Of a stretch of DNA of 64,000 bases, positions 28,857 through 38,252 are shown in pieces. Under the pieces are notes generated by a model. It saw only the letters and a list, made by a program, of their open reading frames with translations. It was not told the DNA's origin and made no database searches. Origin of the DNA: Opitutia bacterium (GTDB taxonomy: Bacteria > Verrucomicrobiota > Verrucomicrobiia > Opitutales > Opitutaceae); assembly GCA_947478395.1 (NCBI GenBank), contig CANJVR010000002.1:544001-608000 (forward strand), given 5' to 3'. Numbering within the stretch: position 1 is the first letter of the stretch; the number at the start of each line of letters is the position of its first letter. The position numbers were made by a program, and so were the translations under genes.

Positions 28857-31487
28857 ATGCTCCGCCTCAATCTGCCACCCAATCTGGCCGCCGCCATCGT
28901 GCGCGACGCCGTCCCGATCAAGGTGGAACTTGATCTAGCCACCGTGCCGGCGCCCGGCTTGCTGCCCGTGCTCGCCGTGCTGCAACGGCTGTGTGGCGCG
29001 ACCCCGCCCGCGTTCATCCAGCTCACGCGCGCCCAACTCCGGGAAATCGCCACCGCCGCCGCCGACCAGCCGATTTTCCAGCACAACGGCCAGCTCGGCG
29101 TCTGGCGTCATGGCAATCTCCTCGGCGCGGACCCGGCGAAATCTGAAAACTCCAAAGCCCAATCTCCAAGCGCCAAACCCGGCGTTTCGTCCGCCCAACT
29201 TAAAACCCAAAACTCAAAACCCAAAACTGCGCCCAGTGGCGCCGCGCCGAGTCCACTGCTCGTCGACGGTTCTGAAAACTTCCTCGCCCTGACCCTGCCC
29301 TCGCCCGAGCACCCGCAATATGCCCGCGCCCTCGATCTGGTAAAATCCTCCGGCTTCGCCCTCGATCCGTCGTCACGCAAATGGTGGCTCCGCGACCGCC
29401 ACAAGACGCTCAATTTTTTAGCGACCTACGGCGAACGTCTTCGCGTTGGTTTCGACGCCGATTTCACGCCGAACTTCGAGCAGAACACCGCCCGGCTTCG
29501 TCCGGCCGAAATTATCGCCGACGCCGCCGAGACGGCCGGTGGTTACGCTGTCACGCTGGGCCTGCGCGCGGGCTCGGCCGACGACGGGTTGCTGCGTGAC
29601 GCGCTGGCAACCAACCGCCACTACCTCGAATCGAACGGCCACGTTTTCCTGCTCGAACCGGCGAAGCTCGCGCAGCTCGCCACCGCCCAACGCGCCCTCG
29701 CCGGCGATCCCACCGCGACAATCGCGCCGCGCCGTTCACAGCGGGTCAGCACCGCGCGCGTCGCCGAAGCGGAGGCGATCATCGAGGAACTGGCGCCTGG
29801 CTTTCAGCCGCCCGCGACCTGGCGGACGCGGAGCGCGGCCCTGCGCAACCTCACGTCGCTCGCGCGTGCCCCGATTCCCGCGCCGCTCGACGCCCAGCTG
29901 CGACCTTATCAGCGCCTCGGCGTCGCGTGGCTCTGGCATCTACATCGCTCGGAGTTGGCTGGTATTCTCGCCGACGAGATGGGTCTCGGAAAAACCCTGC
30001 AAGCGCTCGCGCTGCTCAGCGCAGTGCAGGTAGGGCGGGTTATCCCTAACCCGCCGGTTGTGCTCAGCGCACCCAACAGCTCCGAGTCGCTCCGGCGGGT
30101 TAGGGATAACCCGCCCTACCTGCAACCCAACCCGCAACCCGAAACCCAAAACCCGAAACCGCGACCAGCGTCGCTGGTGGTCGCGCCCGCCTCGCTGCTC
30201 GAAAACTGGCGCCGCGAAACGCTGCGCTTTGCACCGTCGCTCCGCGTGTTTGTGCATCACGGCGAACACCGGCTCCTCAGCGTGGCCGATTTGGCCGCGC
30301 ATGATCTCATTATCACGAGTTACGGCACGCTGACCCGCGATCAGGACCTTTTTGCGGCGGCCGAACTTACCGTGGTGATCGCCGACGAAGCCCAGCATAT
30401 CAAAAACCGTCGCTCCCAAAACGCCGCTGCCCTGCGTTCGCTGCGGGCGCGCAGCCGTTTTCTACTGACGGGCACGCCGCTCGAAAACTCGCTCGACGAT
30501 CTTCGTTCCCTCTTCGAATTCCTTTTGCCCGGTTACCTGACGCGGGTCCCGGCCGGCCTGCGCGGCGACGAACGCGCCTGGTACGATCAACGCCTGCGCG
30601 CCCAAACCGCGCCGTATATTCTCCGTCGCACTAAAGTGGCCGTCGCGCCTGAGCTGCCGGCTAAACTCGAGCAGATCATCTGGTGTGAATTCACGGCGGC
30701 GCAGGCCAAACTCTACCGTGAGACTCAGGAAGCGTCCGAGCGCCAGCTCCTGGACCTCGCCGCCGGGGGAGCGAGCGAAAGCCGGCTACAGTTCGCCGCC
30801 CTCACGCAACTCCTCCGCCTCCGCCAAATCTGCTGCGACCCGCGGTTGGTCGCGGCGGGACGCGCCGACTCCGAGGTAGGGCGCGTTATCCCTAACGCGC
30901 CGGTTGCACTCAGCGGACCAGAAACTCTCGAATCGCCCCGGCGGGTTAAGGATAACCCGCCCTACCTCGGCTCCGCCAAATTGGAGGCTTTCCGCGAACT
31001 CCTCGCCGAGGCGATCGACGATGGCCATCGGATCCTCGTTTTTTCTCAATTCACTTCCCTCCTCGCGCTGCTGCGGGACGAACTGGCCGCGCAGGAAATC
31101 GCGCATTGTTACCTCGACGGTTCGATGACGCCCAAAGCGCGTCAGGCCGAGGTCGACCGTTTTCAAGCTTCCGACGAGGTCCCGCTCTTTCTGCTCTCAC
31201 TCAAAGCGGGCGGCACCGGACTCAATCTCACCGGCGCCGACACGGTGATCCATTTTGATCCCTGGTGGAATCCGGCCGCGGAGGCCCAAGCGACGGATCG
31301 AGCGCACCGCATCGGCCAGACGCGCGCCGTGACGAGTTACAAACTCATCTGTGCCGGTTCCGTGGAGGAAAAAGTACTCGCGCTCCAAACCGAAAAACGC
31401 GCTCTGCTCGCCGATGTATTCGAGGCCAGCGACGCCATCGCCGGGAAACTCTCCCTTGGCGATCTCCGCGAGCTACTGCGGACCTAA
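28857..31487 (+). CDS. Snf2-family DEAD/H helicase/ATPase carrying in-frame repeat insertions
   Basis: LADEMGLGKT, DEAQ, LTGTPLEN, FSQF, GLNL, QATDRAHRIGQ. Confidence 0.9.
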   Translation: MLRLNLPPNLAAAIVRDAVPIKVELDLATVPAPGLLPVLAVLQRLCGATPPAFIQLTRAQLREIATAAADQPIFQHNGQLGVWRHGNLLGADPAKSENSKAQSPSAKPGVSSAQLKTQNSKPKTAPSGAAPSPLLVDGSENFLALTLPSPEHPQYARALDLVKSSGFALDPSSRKWWLRDRHKTLNFLATYGERLRVGFDADFTPNFEQNTARLRPAEIIADAAETAGGYAVTLGLRAGSADDGLLRDALATNRHYLESNGHVFLLEPAKLAQLATAQRALAGDPTATIAPRRSQRVSTARVAEAEAIIEELAPGFQPPATWRTRSAALRNLTSLARAPIPAPLDAQLRPYQRLGVAWLWHLHRSELAGILADEMGLGKTLQALALLSAVQVGRVIPNPPVVLSAPNSSESLRRVRDNPPYLQPNPQPETQNPKPRPASLVVAPASLLENWRRETLRFAPSLRVFVHHGEHRLLSVADLAAHDLIITSYGTLTRDQDLFAAAELTVVIADEAQHIKNRRSQNAAALRSLRARSRFLLTGTPLENSLDDLRSLFEFLLPGYLTRVPAGLRGDERAWYDQRLRAQTAPYILRRTKVAVAPELPAKLEQIIWCEFTAAQAKLYRETQEASERQLLDLAAGGASESRLQFAALTQLLRLRQICCDPRLVAAGRADSEVGRVIPNAPVALSGPETLESPRRVKDNPPYLGSAKLEAFRELLAEAIDDGHRILVFSQFTSLLALLRDELAAQEIAHCYLDGSMTPKARQAEVDRFQASDEVPLFLLSLKAGGTGLNLTGADTVIHFDPWWNPAAEAQATDRAHRIGQTRAVTSYKLICAGSVEEKVLALQTEKRALLADVFEASDAIAGKLSLGDLRELLRT
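29139..29228 (+). repeat. 7-mer tandem tracts inside Snf2 CDS
   Basis: AAAACTC CAAAGCC CAATCTC CAAGCGC CAAACCC ... CAACTTA AAACCCA AAACTCA AAACCCA. Confidence 0.7.
30025..30124. mobile_element. REP doublet (REPIN-like), family 1, in frame in Snf2, copy 1
   Basis: Perfect 33-bp inverted repeats 30025-30057 and 30092-30124; each arm is GTAG foot plus GGCGGGTTA/TAACCCGCC hairpin. Confidence 0.85.
30128..30162 (+). repeat. 7-mer tandem tract inside Snf2 CDS
   Basis: CAACCCG CAACCCG AAACCCA AAACCCG AAACCGC. Confidence 0.75.
30871..30970. mobile_element. REP doublet (REPIN-like), family 1, in frame in Snf2, copy 2
   Basis: 33-bp inverted repeats (30/33) at 30871-30903 and 30938-30970; spacer 22/34 identical to copy 1. 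Confidence 0.85.
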
Positions 31488-32054
31488 AACCAATTTTCTT
31501 TCGGACCTCGGAACCTTTCGCAGTCGCCAGCGTTGTCCGCTGCCGACGATAAAACCGGCGCAGCGTTTACTTCCGCATCGGCACGGATGCAGCCGCCATT
31601 CCTTGAAGCTGAAACCATAGTCGAAGGTGAGCTCCTCGCCGGCTCCGATTTCCCGCCGGGCCAAGATCCAGATTCGGCCGCGGATCACCTCGACGCGACA
31701 GTTGGGTGTGCAGGAATGGTTGATCCACCGCGCCACATTCTGCCGCGAACGCCCATCGATATCGTAGCGCCGGGTTAGGTCGAAAATATAGACGGAGCCA
31801 TCGCCGCCCCTGCGCTGCCGTTCCAATCGCCGTGCTTCCCGCCGCATGGCTTCTGCCTTCGTGATGCGCTCGCCAGTGTATTCGATCACTTTCGTCGCAT
31901 CGGGAATCGCCAGCCGGGCGTATACGCCGCGTCCGTGAATCAGGGAACGCTGGGCCACGACCCATCGGGATTTCGCCGCTGGCCGTGTCGCTGGAGTTCG
32001 AATGGTTTTCAGACCCGATACGGAGCGCCCATCCCCGCGGCGCTCAATCCTCAT
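31473..32054 (-). CDS. SET-domain protein-lysine methyltransferase with post-SET
   Basis: HGRGVYA, EYTGE, INHSCTPN, EELTFDY, CRCGSKRC; start uncertain. Confidence 0.88.
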   Translation of the reverse strand: MRIERRGDGRSVSGLKTIRTPATRPAAKSRWVVAQRSLIHGRGVYARLAIPDATKVIEYTGERITKAEAMRREARRLERQRRGGDGSVYIFDLTRRYDIDGRSRQNVARWINHSCTPNCRVEVIRGRIWILARREIGAGEELTFDYGFSFKEWRLHPCRCGSKRCAGFIVGSGQRWRLRKVPRSERKLVLGPQ

Positions 32055-32262
32055 CTCCAGCGCGCCAAATCTTTCGCTCGGTCCCCTCAAGCCAGGGCCC
32101 GCTTAACACGCGAAAACGCGCTAAACATAAAACCGAGTTCTCGGCCGGTCCGAATTTAGCGTTAATTTGCGAGTTTCGCGGGCACCGACCGGATTCCGTG
32201 CCCGTCCGAGATTCCCGTTGACGCCGGAGAAGCGCATCCTTTTCTCTGACCGCTCACGTGAC

Positions 32263-32338
32263 GGCAAGATAGCTCAGTTGGTAGAGCAGTTGACTGAAAA
32301 TCAACGTGTCCTCGGTTCGATTCCGAGTCTTGCCACCA
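32263..32338 (+). tRNA. tRNA-Phe (GAA)
   Basis: 76-nt cloverleaf, GTTGA-CTGAAAA-TCAAC anticodon arm, GGTTCGATTCC, encoded CCA. Confidence 0.97.
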
Positions 32339-32825
32339 CTTCCGCCTAGAGAGGGGAATAGCCCGCTAGAAAACCTAGCGGCATCAGAATTGTCGCTTCA
32401 GAGCCATACGCTCCGCGACACGATCAGCTCGATATCGGCACTCGCTTGCGACGCGGAATCTTTGCGACGCCATGCCGACGGCGCCGACACTGGCCCGTTT
32501 TTCATGCAGCCCGACCGCGGCGTTGAAAACCCCGGCACGAGGAACTGGCGAGCCCGCTGCTTCGCACTAGCCATTATCTGCGCGCCCAATTCCTTCGGCC
32601 CCGCGGGGCATTTGCTCTCGTCAACGGCAGGAAGAATACTGCCTGGGTTCGTCACGCTCGATCGAGGTGCGTACGCTGCACGAGTGAACGATCTTCGGCG
32701 GAGCGAGCGGCGTCAGCTTGCTGGCGACTTACAGGGCGCCCGGCGTGCGGAGCAGAGAAGCCGACCGAATAAAGTGCCCCGCAGGTCAGCGTGCTGGCGC
32801 ACTCACGATCGCGTGCTCAGAGAAT

Positions 32826-32855
32826 AAAAAACCCGCCGCTTTTTAGGCGGCGGGT
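32826..32855 (-). terminator. Intrinsic terminator of the FKBP gene
   Basis: ACCCGCCGC/GCGGCGGGT stem with A-run upstream on the + strand. Confidence 0.75.
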
Positions 32856-32883
32856 GGCGTGAATCGAAAGCTAAGCGCGCGGA

Positions 32884-33672
32884 TTATTTAACCGGCATCG
32901 CCATCGCCGGAGCGGCGGGCGTCGGCTTGATGTCGAGCATCTCGACGTCGAAAATCAACGTGGACGATGGCGGAATGTTGCCGCGTGCGTCGTCGCCATA
33001 AGCGAGCGAAGGCGGAACGTAGAGTTTGATCTTACCACCCTTGCTGATCTTTTGCAGACCCTCGGTCCAGCCGGGGATCACGCCGTCGAGCGGGAATTCC
33101 GCGGGCTCATTGCGCTGCACGGAGCTATCGAACACGGAGCCGTCGATCAACGTACCGGTGTAGTGCACCTTCACGGTCTCGGTCGGCTTCGGCGCCGGGC
33201 CATCGCCCGCTTTGACGATTTCGTAGCGCAGGCCGCTCGGCAGCTCGACGACGTTCTTGTTTTCCTTGAGCTTGGTGAAGAACGCCACGTTCTGCGCCTG
33301 GCTCTCCGCTTTCAATTTGGCGAGATAGGTGTCCTGCTTTTTCTTCATGAAATCGTCCATGGCCGGACCGATTTTGGGCAGATCGAAAGGCGAATCTTTA
33401 CCAGCGACGGCGGTTCCCATTCCCTTCAACAGGGACTCGATCTCCGCGGCGCTGAAGTTCAGCTCGGAGAGGCCAATGCGCTTACCCATGAACCAGCCGA
33501 ATTCCTCGAGCAGTTGGGCGTCGGTGAACGTCACGGCAGCGGCGGCCGGGGCGGCAGCTGGGGCGGCGGCCGCAGGGGCGCCGGGAATGTTCAGTTTAAC
33601 CTCCTGGGCTTGAGTCGCGGCGGTCGTGCCGAGCGCGAGCAGGGAAAGCGTAAGGGCTGATTTCAGTTTCAT
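32884..33672 (-). CDS. FKBP-type peptidyl-prolyl isomerase (FkpA/Mip-like)
   Basis: Signal peptide, SGLRY, VHYTGTL.DG.VFDSS, VIPGWTEGL. Confidence 0.92.
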   Translation of the reverse strand: MKLKSALTLSLLALGTTAATQAQEVKLNIPGAPAAAAPAAAPAAAAVTFTDAQLLEEFGWFMGKRIGLSELNFSAAEIESLLKGMGTAVAGKDSPFDLPKIGPAMDDFMKKKQDTYLAKLKAESQAQNVAFFTKLKENKNVVELPSGLRYEIVKAGDGPAPKPTETVKVHYTGTLIDGSVFDSSVQRNEPAEFPLDGVIPGWTEGLQKISKGGKIKLYVPPSLAYGDDARGNIPPSSTLIFDVEMLDIKPTPAAPAMAMPVK

Positions 33673-33920
33673 GCGTGGTTGTTGATGGAGACGTGAATGG
33701 AAACGGCGGAGGCTGAATTGTGCCGTAAAACTTTTGGATGTGCCCTTGCCGTGCCGGGAATGCAATCCCTATTAGGCGGGCGATCTGCCACGCGCTCGGT
33801 CGGCCGCCCCGACGGACTACATCGGCCTCGTCGGCTTCGCGCGCGAGATCGAGGCACCTTTTCCTGTCCCCGCGCGCTTGTGTTGGCGAGCGGCGCCCTT
33901 CAATGCTTCCCGTCCTCACC

Positions 33921-35828
33921 ATGAGCCCCGATCAATTTTGGACCAGCCAGGACGGACAGATTCTGACTGTTAAGAACAAGGACGAGCGTTGCGTCACGTT
34001 GACCCTGGCGTTCTGGCCGCGCAATCCGCTCGAGTTCGATTTCATCAAAGCCCAGATCGCAGGCCTCAAGTTTACCGAACGCAGCTCGCTCGCCCGTATC
34101 GGCATCGAGATGATCCTCCAAGGTCCACCCGCACTAGAAAATAACCGTGTCGTGCTCGTCGCCGAGGCCTTCATCTACGACCAGAGTTTTCCCAACGCCC
34201 CGTTCTGGAAAAAACTTCTGCGGCCCGGCGTCCCCGTCGGCCGGCTTTTCCTCGCGCCCACCGCCGCGAAACTTTCCACCGGAGAAATCTGGGATGCCAT
34301 CAAGGGCAACGAAATCAAGCTGCCCAACACGATCTCGATCGACTCGCGCGGGCGCGTTTTTCTTACCCCGCACCAGGTCAGTTATACGCTCTCGAACAAA
34401 CTTTCGCGGATCAATTTCGAGCACATCGTCAGCGGCAACGCCGGCCGCGCCTTCATCGACAAGATTCAGGTGCGCCGCGACGCCTCGCCCCTCACGATCT
34501 CGCCGCACTCCGGCATCCTCACGAGCTGCTCGATGTTCCTGAAGGAGCACTTCGTCGTCCTCAATCAAGGCGAGGGCAACTTCGGGCTGCACACCAGCGC
34601 CATCCTCCTCGATCCAATCAAGACTTTCGGCACGAACATCATGCTGGAAATCTACAACACCGGCGACCAGCCCGTGGTGAATCCGATGGTGTCGGTCGAT
34701 ATTTTCCGCGCGCCACCGTTCACCGACCCCGAGTTCAAAACGCTCGCGAAAAAGCGCCAGCGCCTCCTCGGCACCGCGTCCGGAATTTTCAAGTGCCTCG
34801 ACGACAACCCGCCACGCGAAACCGCCGAAGCCCATCCGAAAACCAAGATCACCGTCCGCGGCCAGAGCGGCTCGATGGAAAACCGCAGCCTGATCGTCCG
34901 CGCCAACGAGGACCTCAGGAAATTCCTCGAAGGCGAAGCGTGCCCAATCGGCAGCCGCACCATGATCCAGGCGCTCGACGCGGCCCCGGCCGACGCCGAC
35001 ACGCTCATCGTCGACTATTTCCCTGATCTGCTCGAGCACATCGAACTGCTTACGCGCATCGGCGACGTGAAGCTGAAGCGGATCATTTTCCGCAAGGCCT
35101 CGCGCACCCATGGTTATTTTCTTTCCAGCAATGCCCACGCGCGTCTCGACACCTTCGACGCCATCGGCGTGCAGGTTTACTGGTACGACGAGACCACCAA
35201 GGAACTCTACGCCCACGTCTATAAGAAGGACCATGGCTTCTTCGTGCGCGAGGAGCTCGCGCGAAAATTCCAGGAGACCACCATCGTCGCATTTTACGGC
35301 TCGGCCATCGGCCTCGAAAAAGCCGACACCGATCGCATCACCGGCCTGGTCGAGCAGCTGCACGGCTTCATCGGCTCAAACATCGGCGTGCTCACGGGCG
35401 GCGGCGGCGGCGTCATGCGGCTCGCCACCGACCTCGCCCGCACGAAAGGGGCCCTCACAGGGGCGTGCTTCCTCGAACTCGAGGCGCAACCTCCGGAGCT
35501 CGGCGTGGATTTTTTCAACACGTTCCAGGAAGCGTCGCGGCACTTTCGCCAAAAATGGTTTGAGGCGGCGGATTTCTGCATCTTCAACGTCGGTGGCGTC
35601 GGCACACTCGAGGAAATCGGCATCGAGATGTGCAACCTGAAGCTCGGCATCCGTCCGCGCACGCCCTACGTATTTTTCAACGCGCGCTTCTGGGGCGACC
35701 TGCGGAAGCAAATCAAAGAAATGATCCGCACCAAACGCGCGCCCGCGTGGATCGCCGACTACATCTTGTTCACCGACGACCCCGCCGAAGTCATCGCATT
35801 CTACCGGAAAAAATTACAGGTGCTGTAG
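33921..35828 (+). CDS. LOG-family protein with N-terminal dCTP deaminase/dUTPase-like region
   Basis: C-terminal AFYGS, TGGG.GVM, GGVGTLEE; N-terminal RSSLARIGI, LRPGVPVGRLF, LDP...IMLEIYN. Confidence 0.7.
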   Translation: MSPDQFWTSQDGQILTVKNKDERCVTLTLAFWPRNPLEFDFIKAQIAGLKFTERSSLARIGIEMILQGPPALENNRVVLVAEAFIYDQSFPNAPFWKKLLRPGVPVGRLFLAPTAAKLSTGEIWDAIKGNEIKLPNTISIDSRGRVFLTPHQVSYTLSNKLSRINFEHIVSGNAGRAFIDKIQVRRDASPLTISPHSGILTSCSMFLKEHFVVLNQGEGNFGLHTSAILLDPIKTFGTNIMLEIYNTGDQPVVNPMVSVDIFRAPPFTDPEFKTLAKKRQRLLGTASGIFKCLDDNPPRETAEAHPKTKITVRGQSGSMENRSLIVRANEDLRKFLEGEACPIGSRTMIQALDAAPADADTLIVDYFPDLLEHIELLTRIGDVKLKRIIFRKASRTHGYFLSSNAHARLDTFDAIGVQVYWYDETTKELYAHVYKKDHGFFVREELARKFQETTIVAFYGSAIGLEKADTDRITGLVEQLHGFIGSNIGVLTGGGGGVMRLATDLARTKGALTGACFLELEAQPPELGVDFFNTFQEASRHFRQKWFEAADFCIFNVGGVGTLEEIGIEMCNLKLGIRPRTPYVFFNARFWGDLRKQIKEMIRTKRAPAWIADYILFTDDPAEVIAFYRKKLQVL

Positions 35829-35952
35829 GAGCCGTTCCCAATTACCCTCCGCCCGAAGATCAGCGCACGGACCGACACGGATGCGCTCCTCAGAAAATAG
35901 GTGACAGGACTAGTCCTTGCTTCTTGAGCCTACGTCTGAATTTTTTCGGAGC

Positions 35953-37260
35953 GTGAGAGAACCACTACCTGCCTCCATCCTCGTCGTCGGCGCGGGCGGA
36001 CGTGAACACACCCTCGTTCGCTGCCTCGTCGCCTCGCCCGGCAAACCGCGCGTGATCTGCGCCCCCGGCAATGCCGGCATCGCTGCGGAGGTGGCGTGTT
36101 TTCCCGTCGCTGCCGATGACATTCTCGGACTCGTCGCCCTCGCCCAGCAGGAAAAAATTCAGTTTGTCGTCATCGGACCAGAGGTCCCGCTCGCGCTCGG
36201 GCTGGCCGACCTGCTCATCGCCGCCGGCATTCCCGTTTACGGCCCGACCGCCGATGGCGCGCGACTGGAGGCTTCCAAGGTTTTCACCAAGCAGCTGCTG
36301 CTTAAATACCATATTCCCACCGCACCGGCGGCGGTTTTCAACGACCGGGAAATCATCCAGGCCGTCCTCTACCTGCGATCGCGGATGTTGCCGATCGTGA
36401 TCAAGGCCGATGGCCTTGCCGCGGGCAAAGGTGTGGTCATCTCCCGGGACCGCCGGGAGGCCGAGAGCATCGTGCGCGATATGCTTTACGGCACGCGCTT
36501 CGGCGATGCGGGCCGCAAAGTTCTCATCGAGGACTGGATGTACGGGGAGGAAACCTCGATCCTCGTCGTTGTCTCGGGCCGCGACTACATCATCCTCCCA
36601 ACCTCACAGGATCACAAACGTATCGGCGACGGCGATGCCGGACCGAACACAGGCGGCATGGGCACGTACTCGCCCGCCGAGGTCGTCACACCGGAAATGC
36701 TCGAGCGCATCGACCGCGAAATCGTCCGTCCGTCGGTCGAGGCCATCGCCAAGGAGGGGATGGTCTTTCGCGGCACGCTCTTCATCGGCGTCATGCTGAC
36801 CGACAAGGGTCCGAGCGTAATCGAATACAACACCCGCTTCGGCGATCCCGAGACCCAGGTCGTGCTGCCCCGCCTCGAAACGGATTTGCTGAAGCTATTG
36901 TGGGCGGCGGCGACCGATCACCTCCGAGAAATTGAATTGGCCGTCCGCCCCGATCACGGGTTGTGCGTGGTGATCGCGGCGCGCGGATATCCCGATACCT
37001 ATCCAAAGGGCGACGTCATCACCCTACCCGACTCCGCTGCCTTACCGGCCGGCACCACGATTTACCACGCGGGCACGACGAAAAATGCCGCGGGTGAAAT
37101 CGTCACCAACGGTGGCCGTGTGCTCGGGGTCACTGCCTTCGCTTCCACGTTGCGCGTTGCCGCCGATCGCGCGTACGCCGCGTGCGAACAGGTCCAGTGT
37201 GCCTCCAAATATTTTCGGCGCGACATCGGCGCGCGACAGCTGAAGCGTATCGCGCCGTGA
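35953..37260 (+). CDS. purD: Phosphoribosylamine-glycine ligase
   Basis: GAGGREH, KADGLAAGKGV, QDHKR, GPNTGGMG, RFGDPE. Confidence 0.95.
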   Translation: MREPLPASILVVGAGGREHTLVRCLVASPGKPRVICAPGNAGIAAEVACFPVAADDILGLVALAQQEKIQFVVIGPEVPLALGLADLLIAAGIPVYGPTADGARLEASKVFTKQLLLKYHIPTAPAAVFNDREIIQAVLYLRSRMLPIVIKADGLAAGKGVVISRDRREAESIVRDMLYGTRFGDAGRKVLIEDWMYGEETSILVVVSGRDYIILPTSQDHKRIGDGDAGPNTGGMGTYSPAEVVTPEMLERIDREIVRPSVEAIAKEGMVFRGTLFIGVMLTDKGPSVIEYNTRFGDPETQVVLPRLETDLLKLLWAAATDHLREIELAVRPDHGLCVVIAARGYPDTYPKGDVITLPDSAALPAGTTIYHAGTTKNAAGEIVTNGGRVLGVTAFASTLRVAADRAYAACEQVQCASKYFRRDIGARQLKRIAP

Positions 37261-37538
37261 CGAGACCGCGCAAATCCTGGGGTGGAAAAAACGCGCTCTC
37301 AAAGGGACGCTCGAAAGTCGCGGTGATCGACGCGGTCAACGCTGCGAGTCCCGTCACCGTCGGTATTTTCGCGTGGATCGCCTCGCCCGCCGCGAGCGAA
37401 GCCGAGCGGAGCGCCGAACCCCAAATCCAAGCGCGGCACCTCCGCTCAACGCAAACCCCGCACCGCAGAGCGGCGCCGCATCGCGCCCCGCCGCAAACGT
37501 TGTTTTATCGCTGACGACGAGTCGGCCCTTTTCGAACC

Positions 37539-38201
37539 ATGATACGCCTCCTATTTCTTGTCCTCATTATCAGCGCCGGACACGCCGCGCCTTTCACGGG
37601 CGATCTCGGTTCCGGCCTCTTATATTATCGGGCCCACGAACTGCCGGGCGACCTTCCCGCACCCGCGGCCCAAGCTGGCCAGTCCTGCGTGCTAGATCTT
37701 CGTTTTACCCGCGCTGACGCCGCGGCCGCGACCGCGCTCTCGGGCTGGATAAAATTTCACGCCGCTCCGCGCTCGCCCGTTTTCATCCTCGCCAACGCCG
37801 AGACAAGCGCAGCGGTTCTGGCCGTCCTCTCCCGCCGTGATGCGTCACCCGGAATCATCCTGCTCGGCGCGGCGGCCGCCGGCTTCGCGCCCGACATTGC
37901 CGTCGCGGTGGAAGCCGCCGTGGAACGCACCGCGTACGACGCGGCCGAAAGTGGGATTGCGCTGGAGCGGCTGGTTTATGCACCCGTGGAAAAAGTGCGC
38001 AACGACGAGGCCAAACTCGCCCGCGAGCGAAAATCCGAGACATCATCGGATAATCCTCCGCGGCCCAGCCCGGCGGTGCGCGAAAACACCGAACCCGCCG
38101 CTGCGCCAGCCGCTCAACCCAGTCCGCCGCCGTTGACCGATCCGGTATTGCAGCGGGCGGTGCATCTCCACCGGGCCCTTCTGGCGCTCAAACGGATTTG
38201 A
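37539..38201 (+). CDS. Secreted hypothetical protein, S41-peptidase-like remnants
   Basis: Signal peptide; VLDLR, PVFILAN, PDIAV, DPVLQRA. Confidence 0.55.
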   Translation: MIRLLFLVLIISAGHAAPFTGDLGSGLLYYRAHELPGDLPAPAAQAGQSCVLDLRFTRADAAAATALSGWIKFHAAPRSPVFILANAETSAAVLAVLSRRDASPGIILLGAAAAGFAPDIAVAVEAAVERTAYDAAESGIALERLVYAPVEKVRNDEAKLARERKSETSSDNPPRPSPAVRENTEPAAAPAAQPSPPPLTDPVLQRAVHLHRALLALKRI

Positions 38202-38252
38202 ATTTCACCCGGATTGCATTTCCGGACAAATCGCTTCTTGTCCTACTCGCAG

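Noticed and set aside
30025..30970. Snf2 insertions as inteins, introns or CRISPR repeats
   Set aside because: Only 30 aa, no intein C...HN termini, no intron core, no repeat-spacer array and no cas genes.
32339..32825. Genomic island integrated at tRNA-Phe
   Set aside because: No integrase and no duplicated tRNA 3' end seen; the 173-aa ORF overlaps the tRNA and is not protein-like.
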